In this document: positions 9,408 to 18,417 of the stretch, in pieces
Numbering within the stretch: the first letter of the stretch is position 1
Layout of the letters: each line of letters starts with the position of its first letter
The notes under the pieces: generated by a model
Database searches by the model: none
The model's input: the letters and a program-made list of their open reading frames with translations, nothing else
Told to the model about the DNA's origin: nothing
Position numbers and translations under genes: made by a program
Virus record (IMG/VR): IMGVR_UViG_3300029305_011675
Strand: one strand, 5' to 3'
Source: a virus
Lineage: Duplodnaviria > Heunggongvirae > Uroviricota > Caudoviricetes
DNA length: 40,168 nucleotides

Positions 9408-9986
9408 ATCAGTCACTCAAAAAAGAAAATCTCTTACAGAATAGCAGATTTCCCAGATATTGACCCAAACCAAACATATAGAGAAGAGTTTCTTAAGAAA
9501 GAAGGATATACTCTTGTTGCAAACTACAGTGACCTCGGTATTCAATCGCATCCCAGAGATGTAACCAAAACATTTGGTGTACCGATAAATGTCATAGTTA
9601 CAAAGTATAATTACAAGGCAATAAGAAAGTATTTTGATTGTCACGGTCAGTTGAAATTTCACGGAGAAGAAGATGATTATGCTATTTTCTCCGATAACGA
9701 CAAAACAATCAAAGTCCCAATTAACGCAATTTGTAATTTTTATGAACAGTCTGTTAGAGAATTTTTTGTGTTTTCAGAAAAAGAAATTGCATCTCGTCGT
9801 GTAGGCAAAAATACAATTAATTATTTAGAAAGCAGTTTCAAAAAAGAGCGACAATTCGATACAAATAATTACTCATATACTTTTCTTTCATCAAATCAAA
9901 TCGCTGTTTTGGAAGAAAAAGACAAAACTCTTGACCTTATGAGTTATTATTCAGAAGAAGACCCAAAACTATATATATCATATTAA
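9408..9986 (+). CDS. Hypothetical protein, probable non-canonical ATC start
   Basis: The ORF-track ATG (9363) lies inside the promoter spacer. RBS-like AAGGGAAGTGA precedes an in-frame ATC at 9408. Confidence 0.55.
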   Translation: MSHSKKKISYRIADFPDIDPNQTYREEFLKKEGYTLVANYSDLGIQSHPRDVTKTFGVPINVIVTKYNYKAIRKYFDCHGQLKFHGEEDDYAIFSDNDKTIKVPINAICNFYEQSVREFFVFSEKEIASRRVGKNTINYLESSFKKERQFDTNNYSYTFLSSNQIAVLEEKDKTLDLMSYYSEEDPKLYISY

Positions 9987-10015
9987 AAAAGACGGCATCA
10001 AACGATGCCGTCTTT
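9985..10015. terminator. Bidirectional hairpin terminator
   Basis: aaagacggcatc / gatgccgtcttt. Confidence 0.75.
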
Positions 10016-10234
10016 CTGTATAGGTGTGTTCCTACTCACACCCACAATTGTATTTTGGTTCGAATCCAACCTCTGTTTAATAGTAGATTTCCAAAGCACA
10101 ATTTTTGTATCGTTACTATATCACACATTATCACTATTGTCAAGCCTTTTTTACAAAAACAAATTTTAATTTTATTGACAATAAAACGAATGCTATCCAT
10201 AATATATTCAATATGAATGAAAGGATGATTACTT

Positions 10235-11650
10235 ATGAAACTACTAAAATCAAAAGCAGGTTTTACACTAATCGAACTTCTTGTAGTTATAGGTATCCTT
10301 GCAGTCCTCGCCGCTATCGCAATCCCATCAGTTGCTGGACTTATCGATAGAGCGAATGTATCTGCTGACAAAACTAACACCAATGAATATACAAATGCTA
10401 TTGAAAGGTTTGCAAGTGAGTACGAACTCTACTGTCAGGACATTGCATCTGGTGTATTAATAGATACAAATAATGATGGCAAACCAGATAATATGGATGC
10501 CACACAAAACAGAGTCTATAGTGTTACTGGCATAACAACAAGAAATGGTATAGAAACAACAGAAATAGCATATAACGGAACTATCAACAACAATATTCCT
10601 CAACTTTATAGAGACACAAAATATCCCGCAAATGCTTATACACTAAAGAAAATTATTGAGAGTTATACAAAAACATCTTCTTCAACCTTTGAACCAAAAC
10701 AATCAGATATGCATTATTGGTATAGTCCAGATTGTGGTGTAGTTATTTATGCATCACCAAACTCTTCTATCGCAGACAAAAATAAAATGATAACTTCTGG
10801 TGTTGATGCAAAGGGGAGACCACTTGTAGATAACGGAGAAAATGCTACCATTTGGATAAATTTAACAAATGGAGCAAATGACGGAAAACTTGATTATGGT
10901 TCTAATGACCCAGACTTAAATCCAGTCAAAAATGTTCCAAATGATGCAATCTATCTTAAAGAATGTGTTATATGCCCGACATGTCAGTGGACCTTTGCGG
11001 ATGGGAAATACATAAGTGCTTTAAGTTGTGGCCATAGTTACAATTTTCCTGATGTAGATAGACGAGTCTATGTATTTCCAGATACACCTAAAGAAGGCGA
11101 TGTATATATCTATGGAGATTATTACTATTATTATAAGTGGGCAAGATGGTATGTAACAACTATAGATAAAAACAAAACATCATACTCACCAGTTATCGAA
11201 TCCATTAATGAAGTCCCAATATCATCAATGAGAGGTTGTTATGCAGGTTGTGCAAATTTAACAAACATTGATAATTTGATTATACCAGACAATGTTTTTG
11301 ATGTGTATGGAATGTTCAAAGAATGTAAAAACATAACAAACATAGATAACTTTAAACTCCCCCAAAGTGCAAGAATTATTGACTATTTATTCCAAGGATG
11401 TTCTTCTGTTAAGAGGTTTGAAAATTTTGTAATACCATCATCTGTTAAAGATGCAAACGGAGTTTTTGTTGGTTGTTCAAACCTTGAAGGAACAATAACA
11501 ATTAGCAAAGGCACCAATCTCGTTTCTCATGCAGATTGGTTTATGAATGTCGGTGCTTCAAAAATCACTGTTTACGGCGACGACATAGAAGTTGAGAAAA
11601 TAACCTCTAATAGTGCACCAAGAATTGAATTTATAAAAAACCCACAATAA
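10235..11650 (+). CDS. Type IV prepilin-like protein with C-terminal BspA-type LRR region
   Basis: KAG|FTLIELLVVIGILAVLAAIAIP class III signal. C-terminal repeats such as CANLTNIDNLIIPDNV and CSSVKRFENFVIPSSV. Promoter ttgaca-17-cataat at 10175-10203. Confidence 0.8.
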   Translation: MKLLKSKAGFTLIELLVVIGILAVLAAIAIPSVAGLIDRANVSADKTNTNEYTNAIERFASEYELYCQDIASGVLIDTNNDGKPDNMDATQNRVYSVTGITTRNGIETTEIAYNGTINNNIPQLYRDTKYPANAYTLKKIIESYTKTSSSTFEPKQSDMHYWYSPDCGVVIYASPNSSIADKNKMITSGVDAKGRPLVDNGENATIWINLTNGANDGKLDYGSNDPDLNPVKNVPNDAIYLKECVICPTCQWTFADGKYISALSCGHSYNFPDVDRRVYVFPDTPKEGDVYIYGDYYYYYKWARWYVTTIDKNKTSYSPVIESINEVPISSMRGCYAGCANLTNIDNLIIPDNVFDVYGMFKECKNITNIDNFKLPQSARIIDYLFQGCSSVKRFENFVIPSSVKDANGVFVGCSNLEGTITISKGTNLVSHADWFMNVGASKITVYGDDIEVEKITSNSAPRIEFIKNPQ

Positions 11651-11710
11651 TTTTTACAATCAGCCCTCCACCCCTCCCCATAACCCATTTCAACATTGTT
11701 CAAGAATCAC

Positions 11711-11745
11711 AAATTGCCCGAACATTCTGTTCGGGCAATTCTTTT
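11711..11745. terminator. Bidirectional hairpin terminator
   Basis: aattgcccgaac / gttcgggcaatt. Confidence 0.75.
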
Positions 11746-11762
11746 ATATCTCCATTAACTTT

Positions 11763-13349
11763 CTATTCAACACCTGACACTCCCAGTATAGTTTTACTAT
11801 AAGGCACATCGAGTATATGTAAATCAATCTCCAAACCTAAAATCTCCAAAATAAGTTCATCGAATTTTCTTCGATACTCAATAGGAAACTTTACATTTTC
11901 CTGATATTCCCCAGCATTCATCTTTTTAACGATATATTTTGTTTCATCTGCAATTATCTCATCAACCAATTCTTTCATTTTCTGATACTGTTCGTCAGAA
12001 ATAACATCTATAAAAGATGGCATTTTAAGAGCAAGAGAAGACGAGAAATTGATACCGCCATCGAACATTCTCCAGTACCAATAAGCGAAACTGGAATTAA
12101 GCATTGTATAGATATAGTAGAAAGACTTTTCGTCTTTGGCATATATAGTATCTCGCATTGCTCGTTTCATAGGATAAGTAACTCCGCAGGTAAAGTACCT
12201 GCAGGCGTGTGGCATATACACCACCCACCCCTCCCCATCTTGCCCTGTAAAAGAAGACTTTTTCACAGTACACTCTGCAAGAGTAGAATTAGACTTACTA
12301 ACCCATAAATCATACAAACATTCCAAATCCTTTATATGCTTACAATAGATAGGATTACTACCATCAATAATCTGTTTCTTATCCGATAATAAACCATATA
12401 AGAAGTCCCTATTAAGCAAACCTTCTCTTTCACTGTTATGAAACCGAATAAGTTGAGAAGTACGGAAACCCTTATCACCCTCATTATTAACAACTGTAAT
12501 AGTAGTTCTTACAGAGTTTCTATTACTGGACGATAAAGTACCTATTTTATTACCGCAAAAGATATTACCAGGGACATTATCAAAAGAGAAGAAATAACCA
12601 GAATAGTCGTTAAGGAAATACCTCATTTTAGAGAACTTATTACCAGATAGAAAACTATAAGGTGTAATAAGCACGGATGCTTTTGAATAGCGAATAATCT
12701 TCTCCATAAAAGCACCGTATAACTCCCTACATTGCTTTGCAATATCCGTTAAGGTGAAATCACAATTGTTCACATCAATCTTATAATAAGGTGGATTAGA
12801 AATTACCTTGCAATTAGAAGGCAATGCAGTTTTGTCATCCAAGAAATTTCCACAATAACACTTTATATTATCAAAGACTTCTCGACCAAATAAAATGGCG
12901 ATTTTGTGACGGCAAATAAGAAGTGCAAGTTCATCATTGTCATACAAATAAACATTACCGTTCAATAAAATATCTCTTGCATTATCTATTCTGCTTAATA
13001 CGGAAATAATAAGGTTGCCAGTACCGCAGGCAACATCGCCAATATTCTCACCTTTTAACTCATTAAAGAAATCTGCCATAACATTTGCTACATCGGAAGG
13101 AGTATAGTAGATGCCTGCTTCCTGCTTACTCTTTTTATTAACAAAGGCAAGTCCTAACTCATAAAGCATTCCGAAGTTATCTATATGAATAATAGATGTA
13201 TTATCGGGTTTCTTGTTGATATTCTCTTTTATAATAGCATACCATACTTCTTTGATACCGTAAGTGGTAATATCGTTATAGTATTGTTCTTCGGTATAGT
13301 TATCGAAGTTAATCTTTGGTGTGTTTTGGTATATAAAGAGATTTATCAT
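11763..13349 (-). CDS. N6-adenine DNA methyltransferase (solitary)
   Basis: GIYYTP, motif I DVACGTGN, motif IV SNPPY, LITPYS. Confidence 0.8.
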   Translation of the reverse strand: MINLFIYQNTPKINFDNYTEEQYYNDITTYGIKEVWYAIIKENINKKPDNTSIIHIDNFGMLYELGLAFVNKKSKQEAGIYYTPSDVANVMADFFNELKGENIGDVACGTGNLIISVLSRIDNARDILLNGNVYLYDNDELALLICRHKIAILFGREVFDNIKCYCGNFLDDKTALPSNCKVISNPPYYKIDVNNCDFTLTDIAKQCRELYGAFMEKIIRYSKASVLITPYSFLSGNKFSKMRYFLNDYSGYFFSFDNVPGNIFCGNKIGTLSSSNRNSVRTTITVVNNEGDKGFRTSQLIRFHNSEREGLLNRDFLYGLLSDKKQIIDGSNPIYCKHIKDLECLYDLWVSKSNSTLAECTVKKSSFTGQDGEGWVVYMPHACRYFTCGVTYPMKRAMRDTIYAKDEKSFYYIYTMLNSSFAYWYWRMFDGGINFSSSLALKMPSFIDVISDEQYQKMKELVDEIIADETKYIVKKMNAGEYQENVKFPIEYRRKFDELILEILGLEIDLHILDVPYSKTILGVSGVE

Positions 13350-13394
13350 GGAATGTTTCGCCTGCCTTTATTTTTGTGGTTGTTACATAGAAAT

Positions 13395-13423
13395 ATTATA
13401 GTATATTTTGGTAGATTTGTCAA
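13395..13423 (-). promoter_or_regulatory. sigmaA promoter TTGACA-17-TATAAT
   Basis: Minus strand ttgaca aatctaccaaaatatac tataat. Confidence 0.75.
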
Positions 13424-13800
13424 TTGGCATAGGGATTATTGTATATTAGATGGTTGTTGGAATCGTAAACAGGAATAGTTTGGGAGGGAGGACTGGTTTA
13501 GGAGGCATGTTTGCTTTTTTTAAGGGGTCGTGATGGAAGGAAAGGAGGATGGACAAAAAGAAACCCAAAGGCGAATAGTGCCTTTGGGTGTTATTTTTCG
13601 GAAGATTAAAAGTGAGGAAGGCTGGGAATGTTTTTTGAATGGGTTAAACCTTTCGAGAGGGTTGTGAAATGATAATGTTTATTTTTTTGAGTGGGTTATG
13701 AGTGGTGGTTGGGTGGGTGGAAAAATGTTGAAATATTTTTTGATATTAGCGAAAAAATGATTTACAATTTTTTCATCAATTAAAGAAGGGGGTCTTTTTT

Positions 13801-14829
13801 ATGACTAAAAGACTTTTGTCATTGCTTTTAGCAATTATTTTAGTTTTCTCCGTTACTGGTTGTGCAACAAGTAAAAACGACACAAAACCAAACGAAGAAA
13901 CAACAAACACAGAGACATCTACAGAACCTTCTGACACGACACCAGATGACACACAAACAGACACAACTGTTACAGAACCATCTGATACCACAACAGAAGA
14001 AGATGCCACAACACCAACAGAATCAACCACAGAACAAGAGACCAAACCAAGTCAAGATACAAATAAGGAAACAGAAAACACTACAGAAAAAGAACAAGAA
14101 AAAGTAAATAACAACAAAACAGAAACAGAAAAAGAAAATACGACTTCCAGTTCTGACCGTGTTGTAGTAAAGGATGAAGTTGAAGTGAAGCAATCTAATG
14201 TTGGTCTTCAAGTATTCGATAGTAAGATGATTAGTTATTTGGAACAAAAATACGGTGTCAAAGAAAATATGTTTGCTTCTCCTCTTTCTCTAAAATATAT
14301 GCTTACTATGGCAGCAATTGGTTCTAATGGAGAAACTCAAAAAGAACTTTTACAGGTTTTGGGTTTCAAATCTATTAAAGAGTGTGAAGATTGGGCAAAA
14401 TCTTACCTCGAAATGACGAAACCACTCGATAATCTCATTACAGAAACTCCTCCGCAGGAAGATGGTATTATCGCATCACCTGGTATTATTGGTGGTTCGG
14501 ACAAAACAACTCTCAATATTGCAAACTCCGTATGGCACAATGCAAATAAGGGTGGTAAAATCAAAACAACCTTTATAAATGCTATAAACAAAGCATGCGG
14601 TGCAGAAGTATTCAATGTAAACGGAAATAAATTAAAGAACGAAATCAATACTTGGATTGAAAAAGAAACAAATGGAATGATTAAGAATATGGTTGATGAT
14701 TCCGTTGCCAATAAAAACACAGTTTTGATAAATGCTCTGTATTTAAAAGCACAATGGACTTCGAAATTCAGCAAAGGTCTTACACACAAAGACAATTTCA
14801 AATGCACCAAAGAATCGGCGGGGTCATAA
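13801..14829 (+). pseudogene. Serpin-domain lipoprotein, C-terminally truncated
   Basis: Lipobox VTG|C and T/E-rich linker. Serpin motifs SPLSLKYML, IANSVW, INTWIEKETNGMI, VLINALYLKAQW. Stops shortly after and has no reactive-centre loop. Confidence 0.8.
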
Positions 14830-15008
14830 AAACGTTGTGGAATATCTGCCCATAAATATTGAGACTCTATCATATCGAAGTTGTAAACACTATTGCAGTC
14901 TCTATATTTGTACAAATATCGTGGGTACTTATCTATTTGAATGGTTATTGTTTTCTCATCACTAATCCCAATTATTTGGTCGAGTTTTTGTTTGAAATAT
15001 TTATCCAT
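14800..15008 (-). pseudogene. 5' fragment of a DUF2971-like gene
   Basis: GGAGG RBS. YLYKYR...LWAD...FYDPAD motif, after which the reading frame runs into antisense serpin sequence. Confidence 0.6.
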
Positions 15009-15020
15009 AAAACCCTCCTA

Positions 15021-17120
15021 TTAAGCAAATAACTTCTTGATTCTCTCTGATACGGAATTCTCCAATGTTGCAAACCTTGCCTCAAGTTCTTCACTTGCAG
15101 TGGGTTGCTTATACTGATAGAAATATTTGGTGAATGGGATTTCTGCACCAACACGAATCACAGGATTCTTCTTGGTCATATCTTCTTCCCAGAACCACTT
15201 CGCATCAGGAACATGAGGAAGAACTTCTCTTGCCATATAATTTTCAATATCTTCATCCCACTTAACGATTTCTGTATCTTTTGTTGTCTTATCATAAATA
15301 ATTTCTCCCTTGTTTTTGCCCTTGGGTTCTCTCTGAATTTCGGCTTCTTTATCCATCACAGATAAGCCATCGGCAATCTTTGCAATAAGTTTAGCATCAA
15401 TGCCAGTATCAGCAAGAATATCATTCAAAACAGGCATGAAATCATTTACAGAAAGGTGTTTAATTGTACTAATGGCATTATTTAATGCTTCGAGAACGGC
15501 ATCATAGAGTGGTTTGTTCTTTCTAAAACCATCCAACTTTGTTTGTTCCTTGCCACTAATAGAAACACCCTTGTTTTCTAATTCAGCAACCTTTGCTTCA
15601 TCGTAAAGACCATTCAATGCACCAGATTGAAGCATATTAGCAATACTTTTTTCTGTGATGGAATAACTTCTCTGAAGCGGTTGCATTACTGCATATTCCT
15701 TATAAATAAACTCTGTATTGTCGTAAATCTTAACGACATCGGTATTGACAAAATCAGCATACAACTTTGTAATCATTGCTCTATCCTCTGGCAAGAATTC
15801 GTTTTTCTTATTGCCCAGAGGTTTTCTTAATTTATGGCAAATGGCAGATGCATCAATTAACTGAATCTTGCCTTTCCTTTCAGGTCTCTTGTTCTTGGAA
15901 AGTAACCAAATATAAGTTGCGATGCATGTATTATAAAAGGAATCGGTAGGTAACTGAATAATTGCTTCAATCAAATCGTTTTCAAGCAACCATCTACGAA
16001 TTTGAGATTCGCCAGATGCTGTGCCACCAGTAAACAATGGAGAACCATTGGAAATAATAGCAGCACGACCAACATTATCATCCATCTTATGAACTGCCGA
16101 CTGCATAAAGAGCAACTGTGAGTCGCCACCACCAGGAAGACCTGCTCCCCAACGACCAACCATACCCTTTGCATGTTCTGTCTTAACTGCATCTTCCTGA
16201 CCTGCCTTGGCACTTTCTCCAGACCAAGGTGTGCCAAAAGGAGGATTTTCCAACAAGAATCTCATCTTGGTTTCAGGGAAACAATCATTCTTCAAAGTAT
16301 CTGTATGACGGAAGTTCTCTGCATTCTGACCTTTGATAAGCATTTCAGCAAGACCAACAGCATAAGAAGGACCCATAAATTCCTGACCAAACAAACGAAC
16401 ATCGGCAGTAGGATTGAAGTGCTTCAAATATGTATAAGCAGTAGACAACATACCGCCAGTACCACATGCTTGGTCACAAACGGTCAAAATTTTCTTATCA
16501 TCAAAGATATCATCGCAACCTTCTGCAATCAAGAGAGATACACACAGTTTTACTATGTCACGTCCAGTGTAGAACTGACCTGCATCAACATTCTGATAAA
16601 AACGACCAATCAGATTTTCAAAGATATAACCCATCTTAATGCTATCGTAAGTAGAAGGATTAAGGTCAAGTTCGGAGAATGCCTTTGCAACAGAATACAA
16701 ACAACCGTCCTTGTCCATCTTTTCGATGTGTTTCTTCATTTCTAACTCATTTAAGATGTCCTGAACATTATTGGAGAATCCAGCAATATATGCATTAAAG
16801 TTGGAGGCGATATGGTCAGCATCATTGCAAAGTTCTTTCAAATCAAATTCACTGGTATTATAAAACTGATATCCAGATATACGGCACATTGCCTTGTAAG
16901 GATACAGTGGATTTTCCTTAAATTTATTAACTACTGCTTGCTTTGTATCAGCAAGAGTGCATTCAAAACGGCGAATGATAACCATAGGGATGATTACATC
17001 ACCATACTTGTCGGGCATATAAGAACCCCTTAATTTGTTTGCGATAGACCAAATAAAGTTAGCCTCCGCAGTTACATCTACGGGAGTTTCGTCCCAAATC
17101 ATATTTTTAATATCAGTCAT
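15021..17120 (-). CDS. hsdM: Type I restriction-modification methyltransferase subunit M
   Basis: ANFIWSIANKLRG N-terminus, GQFYT, DQACGTGGML, NPPFG, NGSPLFTG. No hsdS or hsdR in the window. Confidence 0.9.
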   Translation of the reverse strand: MTDIKNMIWDETPVDVTAEANFIWSIANKLRGSYMPDKYGDVIIPMVIIRRFECTLADTKQAVVNKFKENPLYPYKAMCRISGYQFYNTSEFDLKELCNDADHIASNFNAYIAGFSNNVQDILNELEMKKHIEKMDKDGCLYSVAKAFSELDLNPSTYDSIKMGYIFENLIGRFYQNVDAGQFYTGRDIVKLCVSLLIAEGCDDIFDDKKILTVCDQACGTGGMLSTAYTYLKHFNPTADVRLFGQEFMGPSYAVGLAEMLIKGQNAENFRHTDTLKNDCFPETKMRFLLENPPFGTPWSGESAKAGQEDAVKTEHAKGMVGRWGAGLPGGGDSQLLFMQSAVHKMDDNVGRAAIISNGSPLFTGGTASGESQIRRWLLENDLIEAIIQLPTDSFYNTCIATYIWLLSKNKRPERKGKIQLIDASAICHKLRKPLGNKKNEFLPEDRAMITKLYADFVNTDVVKIYDNTEFIYKEYAVMQPLQRSYSITEKSIANMLQSGALNGLYDEAKVAELENKGVSISGKEQTKLDGFRKNKPLYDAVLEALNNAISTIKHLSVNDFMPVLNDILADTGIDAKLIAKIADGLSVMDKEAEIQREPKGKNKGEIIYDKTTKDTEIVKWDEDIENYMAREVLPHVPDAKWFWEEDMTKKNPVIRVGAEIPFTKYFYQYKQPTASEELEARFATLENSVSERIKKLFA

Positions 17121-17139
17121 TTAATGCGCCTCCTAATTC

Positions 17140-17403
17140 TTATTTATCAGATGCTCTAAACATTTCTACTGCTGAAATAGCCTTATCAGTCAGCAAATAT
17201 CTTCCAATGTGTACTGTATCTTGTTCTAAATATCCATCTTCTTTTAACTGCTTGAAGATGCCATTCATTGTTACTCTACTTAAACCGAGTTCATCGGCAA
17301 CCTCTTGCTGTGTAATACGTGCGCGATTATCATTGCCTTTTACATCATAAAGGTATGCTAATGCACGAAACTTATCGTTTGTAAAATATTTCACATTTGA
17401 CAT
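17140..17403 (-). CDS. Winged helix-turn-helix DNA-binding protein
   Basis: ITQQEVADELGLSRVTMNGIFKQLKEDGYL. GGAG RBS supports ATG at 17403. Confidence 0.75.
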   Translation of the reverse strand: MSNVKYFTNDKFRALAYLYDVKGNDNRARITQQEVADELGLSRVTMNGIFKQLKEDGYLEQDTVHIGRYLLTDKAISAVEMFRASDK

Positions 17404-17408
17404 ATCAT

Positions 17409-18140
17409 TTACTCCTTCCAATTAGGATTTCTTTGTTTATAAGAATCCATCAATACTTCTTTTACTTTTTCTTTATCATCTAATGAATTCATATATAATC
17501 GGTACTTCATTGTCCAATTGTAACTATCTGGGAGCAGGTCTCCCAATTCGTGGTCATCAATAGGAGGAAGAGTATACATTTGGATTTTGTTTTTTTGCAA
17601 ATGGAACTCGCAAAAACCAATGCCGTTTGCCAACCATAAGATATAGTTAGGTGTGACTCGCAATGATGTTCCCGAAACCTTGTCAAAGATGTCTCGCTTT
17701 AACATTCGATACCAATTAACCATCTCTGGTGTTTTTTCTGCAAGCCACTCTTCTTCGGCAAGATTATTACCTTTGTTTGAACCATCACCATCAACATCTT
17801 GGATGTGTTGTGGTTTATTTTGTGTCCAAAACTTTGGTTCTGCAGTATTACTGATTCTTGCAATTGCAGTTAACATAGCAAAAGCATCTTCTGGTGTCAT
17901 GATATAAAACTCTCTGTGCTTTGAAACTCTTAATTTTGGATTTAATAAGTCAATTAGGGAATGCAATTTCTTATCTTCCAGATTACCAGCGGTTTCGTAA
18001 GTGGCATACACCTCATAATCATAAGGGAGAGCAGTACCACTCAATTGTTTTCGTCTCTCCTCAACATCCGTGGCATATCCTATCTTAACCATATTTGTCA
18101 ATGCTGGATTGGTCATTATGTAAATATATCCTTTCGCCAT
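17409..18140 (-). CDS. GIY-YIG (T5orf172-type) domain protein with a DUF5655-like C-terminus
   Basis: GYIYIMTNP...VKIGY...VEERRKQL...E...H...REFY. C-terminal family call is tentative. Confidence 0.75.
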   Translation of the reverse strand: MAKGYIYIMTNPALTNMVKIGYATDVEERRKQLSGTALPYDYEVYATYETAGNLEDKKLHSLIDLLNPKLRVSKHREFYIMTPEDAFAMLTAIARISNTAEPKFWTQNKPQHIQDVDGDGSNKGNNLAEEEWLAEKTPEMVNWYRMLKRDIFDKVSGTSLRVTPNYILWLANGIGFCEFHLQKNKIQMYTLPPIDDHELGDLLPDSYNWTMKYRLYMNSLDDKEKVKEVLMDSYKQRNPNWKE

Positions 18141-18261
18141 ATTGGTAACTCCTCTATATGTTTGTTAATTATTTTTTATATTAAATATAGAATATGTATA
18201 ATTACAATATTAAAATAATTTAACATTTTTTCAAAAATGTCAAGTAAAAATGATAAAAAAA

Positions 18262-18302
18262 ATAATAGGCATCCTGCAATTTTATGCAAGATGCCTATTT
18301 TT
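18262..18302. terminator. Hairpin terminator
   Basis: aataggcatc / gatgcctatt. Confidence 0.7.
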
Positions 18303-18335
18303 ATATTTATTTTTTTCATCGATAATGTTATTATG

Positions 18336-18417
18336 ATTTCATATCGACTTGGACTTTCAACTTTTTGAATTTTTTATAATTTCATATCGACTTGTATCAT
18401 TTCATATCGACTTGGAC
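18336..18417. repeat. Three direct copies of ATTTCATATCGACTTG
   Basis: Copies start at 18336, 18379 and 18399. The last copy is the 3' end of the oxidoreductase gene. Confidence 0.85.

Noticed and set aside
10075-10100. Resemblance of ATCTACTATT to a Cas12a repeat
   Set aside because: Single partial match with no repeat hairpin or array.
14403-14800. 201-aa minus-strand ORF treated as a real full-length gene
   Set aside because: Only the first 70 aa or so look like DUF2971; the rest is antisense serpin sequence.
18336-18417. Possible mini CRISPR array
   Set aside because: Repeats are only 16-19 bp, spacers are 27 and 4 nt, and no cas genes are present.
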